Positions 24,178-38,692 of a stretch of DNA of 64,000 nt are shown here, in pieces (position 1 is the first letter of the stretch; each line of letters opens with the position of its first letter). Below the pieces are notes generated by a model, which was not told the DNA's origin, ran no database searches, and worked only from the letters and a program-made list of their open reading frames with translations. The position numbers were made by a program, and so were the translations under genes. The stretch is from Prorocentrum cordatum (Eukaryota), in NCBI GenBank assembly GCA_963575745.1, contig CAUYUJ010000016.1:1-64000 (forward strand), written 5' to 3'.

Positions 24178-25380
24178 CTACGGCACAGCTCCAGTGCGCC
24201 GCGCACCCTGGGGCACTTTGCGCAGCCCAGCCAGCCGCCGCATCTGGAGGATTCTCGCAGAGCGCCCGCTGGCTTTGGTCATCATCTGTCTGGCCTGGCG
24301 CCGAGACCTGAATCGACCCGCCGCGGTGTCAACTCCCAAGTCGACTCCAGTAGATGCATGCCTGGCTGGCATACCCCGAGCACGGAGAATCTTAGCCACT
24401 CGCTGGCCAAGCTCTGGTGACGTCGACAACGCAACAATCTTGTCCGACACCGTAAGTCGTTTGGTCTGGAAACCTTCTGAAAACGCGCCAGCCAACTCAG
24501 TCATCTCTGAAATCACAGCCTCTTGTATGCCCTCGGATCTACCAACAGTATCGTCAACGAAGGTCCACAAACAGGCTCTAGGGGCTTTTTTTCTGTGAGC
24601 GGCTTCCAAACCTGAATGCAAGAACACTTTTCCCAAGCACACGCCATGCGAAGAACTTGCAACGATAGAACGTCCTGGGCAGAAGGGGTCACTGATGACC
24701 GGCTTCTCCTTGAGGATGCGCGGCGCCATGAAGAGTAAGACCTCCATGATCACCACTGCTGGTGGGAAATTGAGCGACCTGGCCGCCACAATGAGGAGCA
24801 CATAGGAGATCGAATCATAGAACTTGGCGATGTCAAGCAGCACCGTGACGGCAGAGAAGCCCATCGTGACAGTGACCTCGTCCATCAAGCTCCTTGCCGT
24901 GGCTGCTCTGAGGGCGCTGCTGCCGCGGATGGCCGTGTCCCAGAACGCACTCAGCCCTTCTGACCACTCCGACGTGATAGAACTCCTGGCCTGGCTCCTT
25001 GTTTTGTAAATCTGGGGTAGGATTCCCAATACTCTGGTCCCGCCTGGCGCTTTGGGCATGACCGCGCAAATCGTGGCGAGGAGTGCCGTAGGCAACGTGA
25101 GCTCCTTCTCCACGTGGTGCAGCAGGTAGGTGAACTCCTTCATGCCTGAGCTTGGCATTCTCTGCAGGTCTATAGGTCCCAATCCGTCCACCCCTCGCGC
25201 CTTATTGGGAGCTTGCCGCCTGAGGGTGGTCTCAAGCTGGCCTTCGTTGAGGGGCGGCAGTGGTTCCTCTCGCGCATCACGGGCCAAGCCCTCCAACGCC
25301 CAACGCATATCCTGTGCTGGCCCTTGGGGTCCGTCCAGACTGTTTGCCATGCCTCCTTCTCGGCGCGCATCAGGATGCAC
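24178..25380 (-). pseudogene. Reverse transcriptase domain (non-LTR)
   Basis: 400-aa open segment with RT motifs including WTFVDDTVG and GVDLGVD. Confidence 0.9.
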
Positions 25381-25414
25381 GGCTCAGCGGTAAGTTTGCC
25401 ATCTCGTAGCACCT

Positions 25415-26168
25415 CAGGAGGAGGAGGAGGAGGAGGAGGCAAAGGAGGAAAAGGAGGAGGCGGAACCTGATGATGCTGATGCTGATGCTGATGCTGCTGA
25501 TGATGATGATGATGATGATGAGGAGGAGGAGGAGGAGGAGGAGGATTACCCAAGGATTACCCCAAGCCGACGCAGTCGGAGACGCCTCTGGAAGGAGGCT
25601 CACTTAAGAGGCCTACCCTCGGAAAGGAGGAGGAGGAGGAAAAGGAGGAGGAGGAGGAAAAGGAGGAGGAGGAACAGGAGGAGGATGAGGAGAAGGAGGA
25701 GGAAAAGGAGGAGGAGGAGGAGGAAAATGATGATGCTGCTGATGATGATGCTGCTGCTGATGATGAGGATGGGGAGGAGGAGGAGAAGGAGGATGATGAG
25801 GAGGAGAAACACGAGGAGGAGGAGACGGAGTGGGAGGAGAAGGAGGAAAAGGACGGGGAGGAGGAGGAGGAGGAGGAGGAAAAAGGAGGAGGAGGAAAAG
25901 GAGGACGAGGAGGAGGACAAGGAGGAGGAGGAGGAGGAGGAGGAGGAGGAGGAGGAAAGGAGGAGGAAGGGAGGAGGGACATGAGGAGGAGGATGAGGGG
26001 GGAGGAGGAAAAGGACGGGGAGGCGGAGGAGGAGGACAATGAGAGGAGGGATGAGGAGGAGGCGGAGGAGGAGAAGGAGGAACATGAAGAGGAGGATGAG
26101 GAGGAGGAAAAGAAGGAAAAGGAGGAGGAGGGGAAAGGAGGAGGAACATGATGAGGATTCGGATGATA

Positions 26169-26235
<67 letters not shown>

Positions 26236-26333
26236 CGAGGAGGAGGAGGAGGAGGAGGAGGAGGGAAAGGACGGGGAGGAGAGGAGGAACATGAGGAGGA
26301 GGAGGAGGACAAGGAGGAGGAGGAGGAACATGG

Positions 26334-26418
<85 letters not shown>

Positions 26419-26497
26419 ATGAGGAGGAGGAGGAGGAGAGGAGGAGGAGGAGGAGGAGGAGGAGGAGGAGGAGGAGGAGGAGGGGGAGGAGGAGGGG
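25415..26497. repeat. (GAG)n/(GAT)n compound microsatellite
   Basis: Direct reading. Confidence 0.95.
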
Positions 26498-28264
26498 AAG
26501 CGGCCGCCGCGCCACGAGACGAGCTGCGCGTCGAGCGTGAAGCTCCCGTGCAAGGATATCAAGAACTCCTCCCGCGGGCCGCCGGCTGCCGGGTACTGCC
26601 AGGATGCGGCCCTGGCCCAGAATGCAATCGACCCGTATCAGAAGGGTGCGCGAGGCTTCTCACGAGATCCCAACGAACATCCAAGAGGCCTCTGAACCAC
26701 AACCCAGGCACCCACACCGGCATCGTAAGTCACGCAGCACCCAGAAGCAGCAACAGCGACTCTCCCCCAAGGGGTCGGCGGTGCGGCGAAAGCCAAAGAA
26801 TCATGAGGGTGCGCAGCCTTGGAAGCCCCTGTGAGCGTTTCTCGAACGAGGTCCGCCAGCGAAAGGCGCAAGGGATGGGCCGACGCGGCAGGGATGCAAG
26901 GGTACCCTTGGGAAGGTTACCCATCCTCACTACGCGGGTCCGCCCAAACCTTCTGGGAGGTCCAATGCCCAGGGAGAAAGGGCCAGAGAAGGCACCGAGA
27001 CCGCGACAGGTGAAGCATGGCCACACGAGCGCCCAGCAGGAGCCCGCGGCCCCTGCCCGAAAACCCCGGGCCCCATGCGGAGGTGCCCCCCGCGCGAGGG
27101 CGCTGGCTCGAGGCGAAGAGGCCGGACAGGAAGAGCAGAAGCGTGCCCCTCCAGAGCTGGGCTGCGTGCTCTGCGGGCGCAGCTCGCAGGGGGGCCGCGG
27201 GAGGCAGCGCGCGGCCCGCGGGCACGCGCGGTGCGCGTGCTGCAGGCGTGCGCGTGGATCGCCTGGCAAGCGCGCGCGCGGGGGCAGGTCCGCGCGCGGG
27301 CGCGCGCCTGCGCTGCGCAGGCGGCAGGCGGGGTCGCTGCGCAGGCGGCAGGCGGCAGGCAGGTGGATCTCTCAAGCTCTCCGCCGCCTCTGGCGGTGTG
27401 CGTTGCGAGCAGGAACGCAACAAAGACACAGGAAAGCGCGGCATTGACAATGTAGATCCGCACACGTGACAAATTCTGACGAGCAAGAACACAACAAAGC
27501 CCATCAGGTCTCCCCGGACCTCTCCGGAGGTGCGCTCTGGCCAGCATCTCGAGGCTAATCCAGCCGTGGTAACACAAGGAGAGCAGTGGCGTCGGTACCC
27601 ATCGGTCGGAAAAAGTCGGTAGAAACGCGAAGCAGGAAGGCGCTGAACACAGATTGGATTTCTGCCCGCCCCCTCAAGAGAACGGGGAAAGTGGCACCAC
27701 TCGATCATTGAAGCAGGAGGGCACTACTTCCAACGACTGGCGTGTACTTTTTTTGGTCGCGACCGCGGCGAAAAGGTCGGGCGGCGTCCAGGAGCGGTGC
27801 ACACGGGCAACGGCCTAAACTCGCGCACGGGGAGAGGAGGGCCGAGAAGAGAGACAAGGCCGAGCGGGCAGAGAGGCGCAAAACAGGAGGCGAGCCCCGC
27901 TGCCGCCCACGGGAGGGCGCACACCAGGAGCCCCCTCCCCCTATCACAGTAGATTGGAACCTGGGACTCTTAAGATACTTCCTTTCATCGACCGATGGGA
28001 ATCTCTCTTCCCCTGCTGCAGGCAGGGCCTCCAGACCCCCTCCCGCGAGGCCCAGAAGCAAGGGCTCCCAACTTCGCGCTTCGCGCTGCGCGACCCTTGC
28101 AGAAGGCCCCAAGAGCGGGGTCCGAAGCTGCGCGAGCCACGGGGAGGCTACCCTGTGCCAAAGAAAACACTTCCGGCAGCCTCTTCGGACACTCTGGCGT
28201 CGGCCGCTCTCTCCCGTGCGTCTCCCCCCCTCTTTTTCTCGGTGTATATACACGTATATTGCTG

Positions 28265-30055
<1,791 letters not shown>

Positions 30056-31903
30056 GCGTAGAAACGTTCTAGCGCCCCCCAAGTTGGGATGGATCCCAAG
30101 GTTCCATAGGCCCTCCCCCCGAATGGGGTACGGGGGGGGAAGCGACGGTTGCGCTGGCCCGGAGGCCCTGCGGGGATGTTGGCACTCGCAACGGGGTGGG
30201 CCCGTCCCCAGGGGGGGGACCCATTCTTCACGCAGTCCAAATCACGCAGTCCCTCCCTCCCTCCCGCCCTCCCTCCCTCCTCCTCCTCCTCCACCTCCTT
30301 CTCATCTTCCTCCTCTTTTTTTTTCCCTTATAACTTAGAAAATAATTTCTCCTTGTCGCACCCCGAGGCCAATTTTTAGAGCGGGCTGGGCGTTCCGCCT
30401 GAGACCTCCTCACCATCTATGCTTTTGAAGCTTGAAATTCACAGCAGCTTCACAGATGGAGGGCGGGTCGTTTTCAAGATGTGGCCCTCGCCTTAGCGCC
30501 GCGCTCGTTCGTTTTGAATATTTGCAGAAGGGTTGCACGGATTAAAGGCGCATCGTTTTCAACATGTGGCTTTCGCCTTAGCGCCGCGCACGTACAAATT
30601 TGCAATAATTTCACGGGTTGAATGCGATTCCGTTTCAACATGTGGCTCTCGCCTTCGCGCCGCGCACATTCGTTTATAACAGTTGCAAGAGTTTCACGGA
30701 CTCCCATTACCAGCGTACCATAAGTAGTGTTGGAAGGATTCAGGATTATGCGGGTGCAATGTTTACGTTGGTTCGAGGTGTTGAAGTCTCAAAAATGGCG
30801 TTCTGGCACGATTGAGGATCGTCAAGACGCAACAATCAAGTTGATCCGTGGCGTTGAAACTCGAGGACAATGTCTTGGCATGCTTCAGGGTATTGAAACG
30901 GTTGTCTTTCAACGATGCAGTTACCTCGATGGAAATGAACCGCTGTAGGGGACTATGAAGAGGGAGCTTGGACGGAGGGCTTATTCCAACATCGTCGATG
31001 GCTCTTGGGCTTACTCTGGTCCTCCTCCTCCTCCTCCTCCTCCTCCTCCTCCTCCTCCTCCTCCTCCCCCCTCCTCCTCCCCCTCCTCATCCCTCCCCTT
31101 CCTTCGCTTCGCCTCGGGCGGTCGCATGCCGCCGCGGGCCGCGCGCCCTCCCCCCTCCACCGTGCCGCGCCGTGGGGGCCCCAAGACAGCATCGCCTGCG
31201 GCTCCCGTCCCCTCCCCTCCCGTCCCTTCCCCCCGCCTCTTCCTCCCTTGGGAGGGCAACTCCTTCCCCCCCCTTCCCCCCCTCCCCCTTCCCTCCCCTA
31301 CCCCTTCCCTCCCCCTCTTCCCTCCCCTCCCCTGTCCTCTCTTCTGAGCGGCTCCCTTCCCTCCCCCTCCCCCCCCTCCCGCCCTCCCCTCCCCTTTCCC
31401 TTCCCTCCCCCCCTTCCCTCCCTCTCCCTTCCCTCCCCCCCTTTCCCTCTGGAGGCCTCGAGCGGCAACTGGAGACCCAATATCGGTCGGATCCACGTCA
31501 GACTTGCGTTGGGTTCACGGCGGGATGCATCGGATTCACGCCCGATTCACGCCAAATCTACGTCGGGCTTACGTCGGAATATCGTGGCGCGAATGTCGTC
31601 CCATATCTAACGGGGCGCAGGTGCAGACTAGATCATACAACTGTTGCGCGCCGCGCGAGGCTTGGCTGCAGGTCAGAGGCCTCTTGGACACCTGTGTGCA
31701 TCTGTTGCGAGGCCTCTCGGATGCCTCTTGGAGACGGTTTAGGGGGCCTCTCGGGGGCCTCTTCGGGCCCGAGTTGGGCCTCTTCAGTGGGGCATCTCGG
31801 AGGCCTGCTGGCGGTCTCAGAGGTCCTCTTGGTGCGGAAAGCTCAACATGTCGGCTCGTGCTCCCCTGCCCCTCTTGGGGCCTCGTGGGCCCCCCCTATG
31901 AGC

Positions 31904-32051
31904 ATCGTTTAACCGACCCCTATCCCCCACCGGCGTGGCCTGGGCCCCACTGGCCGATTACCCGCCCAGATGGGGATCCAGGCCGTTTCCCTGGGTTTCG
32001 AGGGGTATATTCTCACCGGATGGGGATGGGGATAGGGGTCGGTTAAACGAT
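31904..32051. mobile_element. MITE-like element with 24-bp perfect inverted repeats
   Basis: ATCGTTTAACCGACCCCTATCCCC / GGGGATAGGGGTCGGTTAAACGAT. Confidence 0.75.
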
Positions 32052-32247
32052 CCTGAGTTGCCGCTGCTCCCCGGACCTCACCCGTGGTGCGTTCTGACCA
32101 GGATTTCGAGGCGAATCCAGCAGTAGCGACGAGGGTCTGCCAGGAGGCCCCCAAAAAGAGAGAACCGAGGGAAGGGTAGGGGTGCGGGTCGGTGAAACGA
32201 TCCTGACCCACAGCGGGTGGCGGGAGGCGAAGCTGGAACTCACTGTC

Positions 32248-32370
32248 ATGTGTGTATGTATGTATGTATGCATGCATGTATGTATGTATGTATGTATGTA
32301 TGCATGTATGCATGTATGTATGCATGTATGTATGCATGTATGTATGTATGTATGTATGTATGTATGTATG

Positions 32371-32410
<40 letters not shown>

Positions 32411-32659
32411 TGTACGTACGTACGTACGTACGTACGTATGCATGTATGTATGTATGTATGTATGTATGTACGTATGTATGTATGTATGTATGTATGTATG
32501 TATGTATGTATGTATGTATGTTTGCATACATGTATATATGTATGTATGTATGCATGCATGAATGCATAACTGTATGTATGTATGTATGTATGTACGTACG
32601 TACGTATGTATGTATGTATGTATGTATGTATGTATGTATGTATGTATATATATGTATGT
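32248..32659. repeat. (ATGT)n microsatellite, target site of the SL-capped short element
   Basis: Direct reading. Confidence 0.95.
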
Positions 32660-32686
32660 CACTCGTACACCATGGGTCTGTTCATC

Positions 32687-34168
32687 TTAGCGGGGTCGGA
32701 GCACGGCAGCAGCCAGCTCAGAAGTCGTAGAAGAGGAAGCCGTCGAAGACGACAAAGAAGATGTCGAGCCTCCCTGGCCGCATGGGTTCTCGCATGTCCT
32801 CGGCTCCTCCGCCGAATCTGCGACCAGGAAGGCTGGTTTAATCAGCTTGCAGCCGTCGATACCTAAGAACTCCACCTGAACCCTCTCTCCGACGAAGCCA
32901 CGGACGCAGCCCACCAGCCCATTCAGAGCCGACGTAGCGAGGCTGTGCGGGCGCACCAAGTCACCCACCTGGAAATGGTCGCCCTGGCACTCGGGAAGGG
33001 ACACGGGGCCATCGCCCTTGACCCGGTCACTCCAGGGAACTTGAGGCGCCACATTCCCAAATTTGGTCTCAAGAGCCTGGACCTTCCTCTCCAGTGTGTC
33101 TAGAATCTTCGCAGAAGCGGCACTCACAGCAGACAGACATTGGTCGCCCAGAGATCGCTGATGAGTCGTGAAACTGTCGCACAGCTCCTGCTTCAGAGTG
33201 TCCAAAGGAGACTGCAAAGATAGGCTGGCAGCGTCCAGAATGTGTGACTTCATTTCCTCGAGCTTAGGCGGCAGCCGACGGCTGAGCGAAGCCTCGACCG
33301 CTCTGGCGAGTTCAGCTTGCAGCTGGGTGACCTGCGCCGACACTGCAGCAGTTTTGTCATCCACGTAGGCCTGCAGCACCGAAAAAGAGATATTAGGAAG
33401 GGCCACCGTCCTCAGCTGCTCCAGCTCCTGGATCAACAAAGCAATCGTGTTGTTCTGAGCGTCGATCAGCTGTTGCACAGAAGAGTCCCCAGTAATGAGA
33501 TGGGAGTGCCCCCTGCCCGCCGAACTGCCGCAGGGGCCTGGGCCAGGCTCAGCCAAAACACGACAAGGGCGTGCAAACTTATAACGAGGAGCCACAATCT
33601 TGCCACAATCACCAGTACAAGACAAAAACGAATTGTTGCCATTAGCGTTGCAAGCATCCTGAGGGACGAATTCAGTGACCAAAGGGTTGAATTTGGATAC
33701 CGCTGGTGGCAAACCCTGCCCACAAGAAAGGGCGTCGAATATGCTAATAATGCAGGGCCCAGGCCCCGAGCGCTCAGAAGATGGTACGTCCACCACCGAC
33801 TTACCATACCCACCTCTCTGCCGCCTGCGGCGCCGGCAAAACGATGGGAAAAAGCAGAACCACTGTGAATGTTTCGCGGCACCAGCAGCCGAGTTGACCA
33901 TCATAGCCAGGCGAAAGATGGGAGCAGGAATAAGACCATGAAGAAACATAATCGCAGCACATGTTGAAGTAAACTCCCGTCCAGCAGCCGCCACCGCACA
34001 CGAATGAATCGTAAGTTGCAAACCAATGATTAAAAGACGATATGGGATCGAAGAGAAGCCAGCCGCGATGCAGAGGCAGAAGGATAGCGCCACATCAGCA
34101 GCCCACAGGCAGCATCGCGGGGACACGAGGGGGACCATGCCGAGCAAAGATGAATTGCGCAGCGACAT
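32687..34168 (-). CDS. 493-aa intronless ORF1-like protein (hydrophobic N-terminus, PAM2-like motif, coiled coil, C-terminal SH3/KOW-like segment)
   Basis: ATG 14 nt after the SL; uninterrupted frame; SKFNPLVTEFVP; QQLIDAQNNTIALLIQELEQL...; FQVGDLVRPHSL..ALNGLVGCV...RVQVEF...KLIKPAFL. Confidence 0.7.
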   Translation of the reverse strand: MSLRNSSLLGMVPLVSPRCCLWAADVALSFCLCIAAGFSSIPYRLLIIGLQLTIHSCAVAAAGREFTSTCAAIMFLHGLIPAPIFRLAMMVNSAAGAAKHSQWFCFFPSFCRRRRRQRGGYGKSVVDVPSSERSGPGPCIISIFDALSCGQGLPPAVSKFNPLVTEFVPQDACNANGNNSFLSCTGDCGKIVAPRYKFARPCRVLAEPGPGPCGSSAGRGHSHLITGDSSVQQLIDAQNNTIALLIQELEQLRTVALPNISFSVLQAYVDDKTAAVSAQVTQLQAELARAVEASLSRRLPPKLEEMKSHILDAASLSLQSPLDTLKQELCDSFTTHQRSLGDQCLSAVSAASAKILDTLERKVQALETKFGNVAPQVPWSDRVKGDGPVSLPECQGDHFQVGDLVRPHSLATSALNGLVGCVRGFVGERVQVEFLGIDGCKLIKPAFLVADSAEEPRTCENPCGQGGSTSSLSSSTASSSTTSELAAAVLRPR

Positions 34169-34182
34169 CTTGGCAAGCCTGG

Positions 34183-34204
34183 CTTGAGCCAAAATGGCTA
34201 CGGA
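34183..34204 (-). other. Genomic DinoSL copy
   Basis: Reverse complement reads TCCGTAGCCATTTTGGCTCAAG (22/22). Confidence 0.97.
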
Positions 34205-35038
34205 TGTATATATATGTATGTGTATGTGCATGTGTATGTGTATGTGTGTGTGGTTGTGATAATGATAATGATTTTGATTGTGATTGTGTGTGTGACCCTT
34301 TGGACCACCCTTCGGGTGGATGCATCGACGGAGAAAAGGGCGGCCGAGGTTGGGGTGGCCTGAAAAATGCGGAGGCGGGCGAGGAACGAGGGAATGTGGA
34401 GAGACACAAGAGAGGAGGAGGAGGAAGAAGAGGAGGAAAGGGCTCACGAGGAGGTGGCCTCCACCTTCGCCTCCCGCCTCAGCGCGAGCTTCGCCCCCCC
34501 CCGGCTTCTCCTTGGCGCGTCCCCGCTCCCCTCCCCAGCGGCCCGCGGAGGAGCGCCGCTCCTCCGCCTTCGCCTCGTACACGGCGCCGATGGTCCTGAC
34601 CCCCCCTCCCCCCCCCTTGGTGGGTCCCGCCCCCCCTCCGCCGTGGTCAGCGGGGCGGGCGCCTTGGGACAACCCGCGACGTCGACCCTCGGAGTGCGGG
34701 GCGCGGCCAGAAGGTCGCGCCGCAGCGCGGCGGGCCAGGACCGGCGGCGCAGCCCGTCGAGCCAGAGCTCCCGACCGTGAGCCGGGACATTGCCGACCAG
34801 GGCTCCGAGGATTCCACCCGGAGGGAGAGAAGAACATCGGAGGCCTGGAAATGGGCACCAGCACCAACACAAGGGGGTTTGCCTCCACAGGGGGAAGATG
34901 GATCCCCGTTTTTTGTTTTTGGTGGTGCCAGCTCGGTCACCACGGGGGCCAGAAGATTGCCACCCTCACCGAGATCGGGATCTCCTTCCCTCGGTGGAGG
35001 CGCACCGCCGATATTGGTACTGGTGTCAACCTCCAGGC

Positions 35039-35205
35039 TTAAGTCGGGCCTGTCCCCCTACAGGGGGATTTTCGACGAAAAATAAAACATACCCCCCAAA
35101 TAATCCCCAAATAGCCCAGAAATAGTCAGGGGACTATTTTTGGAGCATTTTTTGACCTTTTTGGGGTATCTTTGGGGTATCTTTGATTCTTCATCGAAAA
35201 TCACC
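35039..35205. mobile_element. Same MITE family, right TIR truncated
   Basis: Left TIR identical to the 46451 copy; similar AT-rich core. Confidence 0.75.
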
Positions 35206-37658
35206 CTGGCCTGCGAGAACAGAGAATGTCTCCACCCACGGCCACAGTCTTCTCGGGTGCGCCAGTGTCCTGGTTCACCACGGTCCCCGCTCGCGGGGCC
35301 CTGGCAAATTTCCAGGATCGCAGGGCCGGTCGGCATCCGACCGGGCGCTTGCTGGGGATCCCGACGCGGTGCGGTGACAGACCGTGCGGTGACCTGGAGA
35401 GACCTCACCGCACGGTCCGTCGCCGCACCGCCTTGGGACCCGAAAGACCGCAGCCGCCCGAGACATCCTCGGAAAACGAGCCAAGTCCCCAAACTCGCGT
35501 GGTGACCCCGAATCGCCGCTGGCTCACCACACGATGTGGTCACGCCATTTGGGGCCCCCCCCGAGAGACCTCGGATCGGACTGGAGTTTGCTCTGGATCG
35601 CACCGCATCGGCACGGAGCCGAAGTCGGATCGGATCGGCTGCGCCAGGATGCACAGAAATGCCATGCACGCATCGGGCAACATCGGCACATCGTTGGAAT
35701 ATCGGAATCGAATCGGATCGGGCGCAGTCGATATCGAATCGGATGGATCGGACCGGGATTGAACCTGGCATCGAGACTCGAAGATCAAAGTATTTCGGAT
35801 CGAAGATCAAGAAGGAACGCGTTTCAGAACTTTTGTCCTCTGGGAACGTTTCTCTGGGGGGTCCCGTGCTCTTGGGCGAACAAAAAAGCGACTCCAAATA
35901 AGCAGCCAGTCATGAGGCATGACTCAGGACTTCAAGTGAGGCCGCTTTGAAACATCAGCAGTTTGGAAGGCTGGTGATGGATCAAAGTCCGAGGATCCAA
36001 CTGTATGTGCGTTATCACCCTCTTGGGGCTTCCGGCAAACTTCTCGTCGCCACAGAAGGGTGGGTTTACCTCGCATCTCTGGTCAGAACACATCCTGGGG
36101 CAGGTCTGGGGCTCGAATGTTTTCCCTCCGCGATGCGCACCGCGATTGCCGGCCGAGGTGACAACTAATCCTGCGAACCGCTCTCGGCGGGGGGAACCTC
36201 GAACCCTCGACCAGGGGAGGGAGGGAGGGAGGGGGAACGGGGTTAGAGGAGGATCGAGGATCGCGGATCGAAGCCTGTGGACGCTCTCGGCCCTTCATGG
36301 GCCTCGGGAGACCTCCCACGAGGAGGAAGGAGGATGATGAGGAACAAGGGCACTGGCCAGTAGTGGAAGGGCAGACAGGGACAGGACAAGGCAAATCGGG
36401 GATATCACATTTGTGAGAACTAGCAGAGTTTGAGGATGCCAGCGCAATCGAGGTACACGGCAACAGCGACATCGACAAAGCGACACCATACCGTTGCGGG
36501 AGAGGGCGAGAAGGCTGACGAGGAGTAGGAGTATGAGGAGTATGAGGAGGAGGAGGAGGAGGAGGAGGAGGAGGAGGAGAAGGAGGAGGAGGAGGAGGAG
36601 GAGGAGGAGGAGGATGAGGATGAAGATGAGGATGCTGCTGCTGCTGATGATGCTGCTGATGATGATGCTGATGCTGATGATGCTGATGATGACGAAGCTG
36701 ATGATTATGACGATGATGCTGCTGATGACGTTGATGATGATGCTGCTGCTGAGGACGAGGAGGAGGAGACGGAGGAGAAGGAGGAGGAGGAGGAGGAAGG
36801 AAGGGTAGGTACCTCTGACATCTCTGTTGGACCAGAAGGGCCAGAGGCGGAAGAGGATGTGGGAGGATGAGAATGAACACCATGATTCTGAGGAAGAGGC
36901 GGAGGAGGAGTATGAGTATGAGTATGAGTATGAGAATGAGTATGAGTATGAGTATGAGTATGAGTATGAGTATGAGGAGTAGTTATGAGGAGTATGAGGA
37001 ATAGGAGGAGGAATAGGAGGAGGATCTTTGACCTGGCAATGGCCCGCCACAAGCGTGAAGGCCACGTGTTTGAAATCACTGCCAACGACGAGGACGCAAT
37101 CAGAGTCGTCCGAGACGCTGGCTTTGGGAAGGCTGGCGAAGTCTTCCCTCTTCCCAGAAGACTGATCCAGCCTGAGAGACAATGAGTTGAGGTGACTCTT
37201 GGATGGTAGCCTCGCGTCAAGATCTGGAGCCGGTAGCATCTTGAACTTTTGACCATTCCGCCTGCTCGATGCCGACAGGTCAGACGTTCGTCCGAGAGGC
37301 CTCGAGCGTGCTGAACGAAGTGTAAGCACTGCATAGCGAGCAGCAGCAGGCGGGGCCTGCCCGGTGGAGCGTGCGCTGTCCTGACCACGCTCGCGGCACC
37401 TTAGCTGACGCTCGTGCAAACAGATCGTGCACACAGATCGCTGCCCGAGCCTCGTAGTCGCGGGGTCGAACTGCGAGTGAGGACGGAGCGGACCGAGAGC
37501 CCCTTCGATCCTGTCGATCCCCTCTTCCTGGCGCCTCTGGCCGGGCGGCCTCGGGGGTGGCCGTGCTGAGAAGTTGCGAGAGGCGCCTCGCATGCAGAAT
37601 GAGGCCACCACCTCGACGGCCTCGCGCGAGCCCGAGCGGGCGGAGACAAGGGCAGGGG

Positions 37659-38692
37659 TCAACTCGGGCAGGTCCCCCGACAAGGGGACCTTGGACGAAA
37701 CGTGAAACACAGTCCCGCAAATACCCCCCGATTGGCAGAAATGGTAGAGACATCGTCCCCGCACTATTTTCTTTGACCAGTTTCGAATCGGCCTCCCGTA
37801 GAGGGACACACACCCGACTGCAGGCAGGGGGCGAACGGGCGCGGCCTTCCCTCCGAGCTCCGCCGCCTCGGCCGCGCCTTGGCACTCCCGGCGTGCTGCC
37901 GCGCCGAGGCAACGGAACAACCGGCGGCCGCTGGGGCCTGGCGCGGGGGCCTTGGCGCGAGGGGCCCCCCGCGGGCGTCACCCCCCACGCTCAGTGCGCT
38001 CAGGGTGGGCATGTCCACCCACAGGGGGACTCTGGACGAAAAATCAAACATGCCCCCAGAACATCCCAAAAGGTGCTCACAGATAGTAACAAAAATCGTC
38101 CCCCAGGCTATTTTTTTCCGACTACTTTGGAATATTCCTCCTGTAGAGGGACACGCCCGACTCACGCCTTGGCGCGAGAGGCCTCCACCGACTCTCAGTT
38201 AGGGGGCCACATGCGAACCCTGCCCCTGCCCCCCACGATTTCTGAGGGGGAGGGTGGGGTTCACTTCGCTCGGGAGCTCCCGAGCGAAGCGAACCCCCCC
38301 GGGCCCCCCCGGGCACGCCCAGGCACGCCCGGGCACCCCCGGGCACCCCCGGGCACCCGGGCGTGCGGCCTCCTCCTCAGAAATCGTGGGGGGTAGGGGC
38401 AGGGCTCGCATGTGGCCCCCCGCGCTCGGTGCGCGCCTCCAGGCCTCCAGGCCGGACGTCGCCGGCAGCCGGTGCCGGCACGGGCCAAGGTGCCTGCAGT
38501 GCGTGCGAAAACGCAGCTGGGCGCGCACGCAGTGAGCACACAAGTTAGGTCGGAGTATTTAGGGCGAAAAAATGTAACATACTTCAAACACATCCCCCAA
38601 AGAGAAAACCAAACTAACATACATCGTCGTCGTAGTATTTTCTTTGGGCAATTCTTGAATATTCCTCCTTTGGAGGGACAGGCCCGACTTAA
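37659..38692. mobile_element. Cluster of three degenerate copies of the same MITE (~37660-37820, ~38004-38165, ~38545-38692) plus a foldback element
   Basis: GAGGGACA(C/G)GCCCGACT-like right ends near 37800, 38150 and 38675 with degenerate left ends. Confidence 0.6.

Larger units (their letters stand above)
21660..25410 (-). mobile_element. 5'-truncated non-LTR retrotransposon: RT - zinc knuckle - RNase H - C-terminal Cys fingers
   Basis: KARGVDG, FWDTAIRGSSALRAA, LLDIAKFYDSI, FVDD; CPRCKAGPETLFHRIWQC; FFGDGSG, QTVPRAEM, GNKHAGELA; WRCTKC, CSRCG; (GAG)n tracts at both ends; boundaries approximate. Confidence 0.85.
32660..34204 (-). mobile_element. SL-capped short retroelement or retrocopy with one ORF and no RT (probably non-autonomous)
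   Basis: Exact DinoSL at the 5' end; identical ATGTATATATATGTATGT at 32642-32659 and 34204-34221 (TSD); GAACAGACCC just after the stop; no poly(A). Confidence 0.85.

Noticed and set aside
32687..34888. 733-aa ORF as listed in the track
   Set aside because: The first 240 codons run through flanking repeats upstream of the SL and TSD; the credible start is the ATG at 34168
36824..36848. Degenerate SL-like string on the minus strand (also ~50469-50490 on plus)
   Set aside because: Only about 60% identity and no downstream element; compatible with chance
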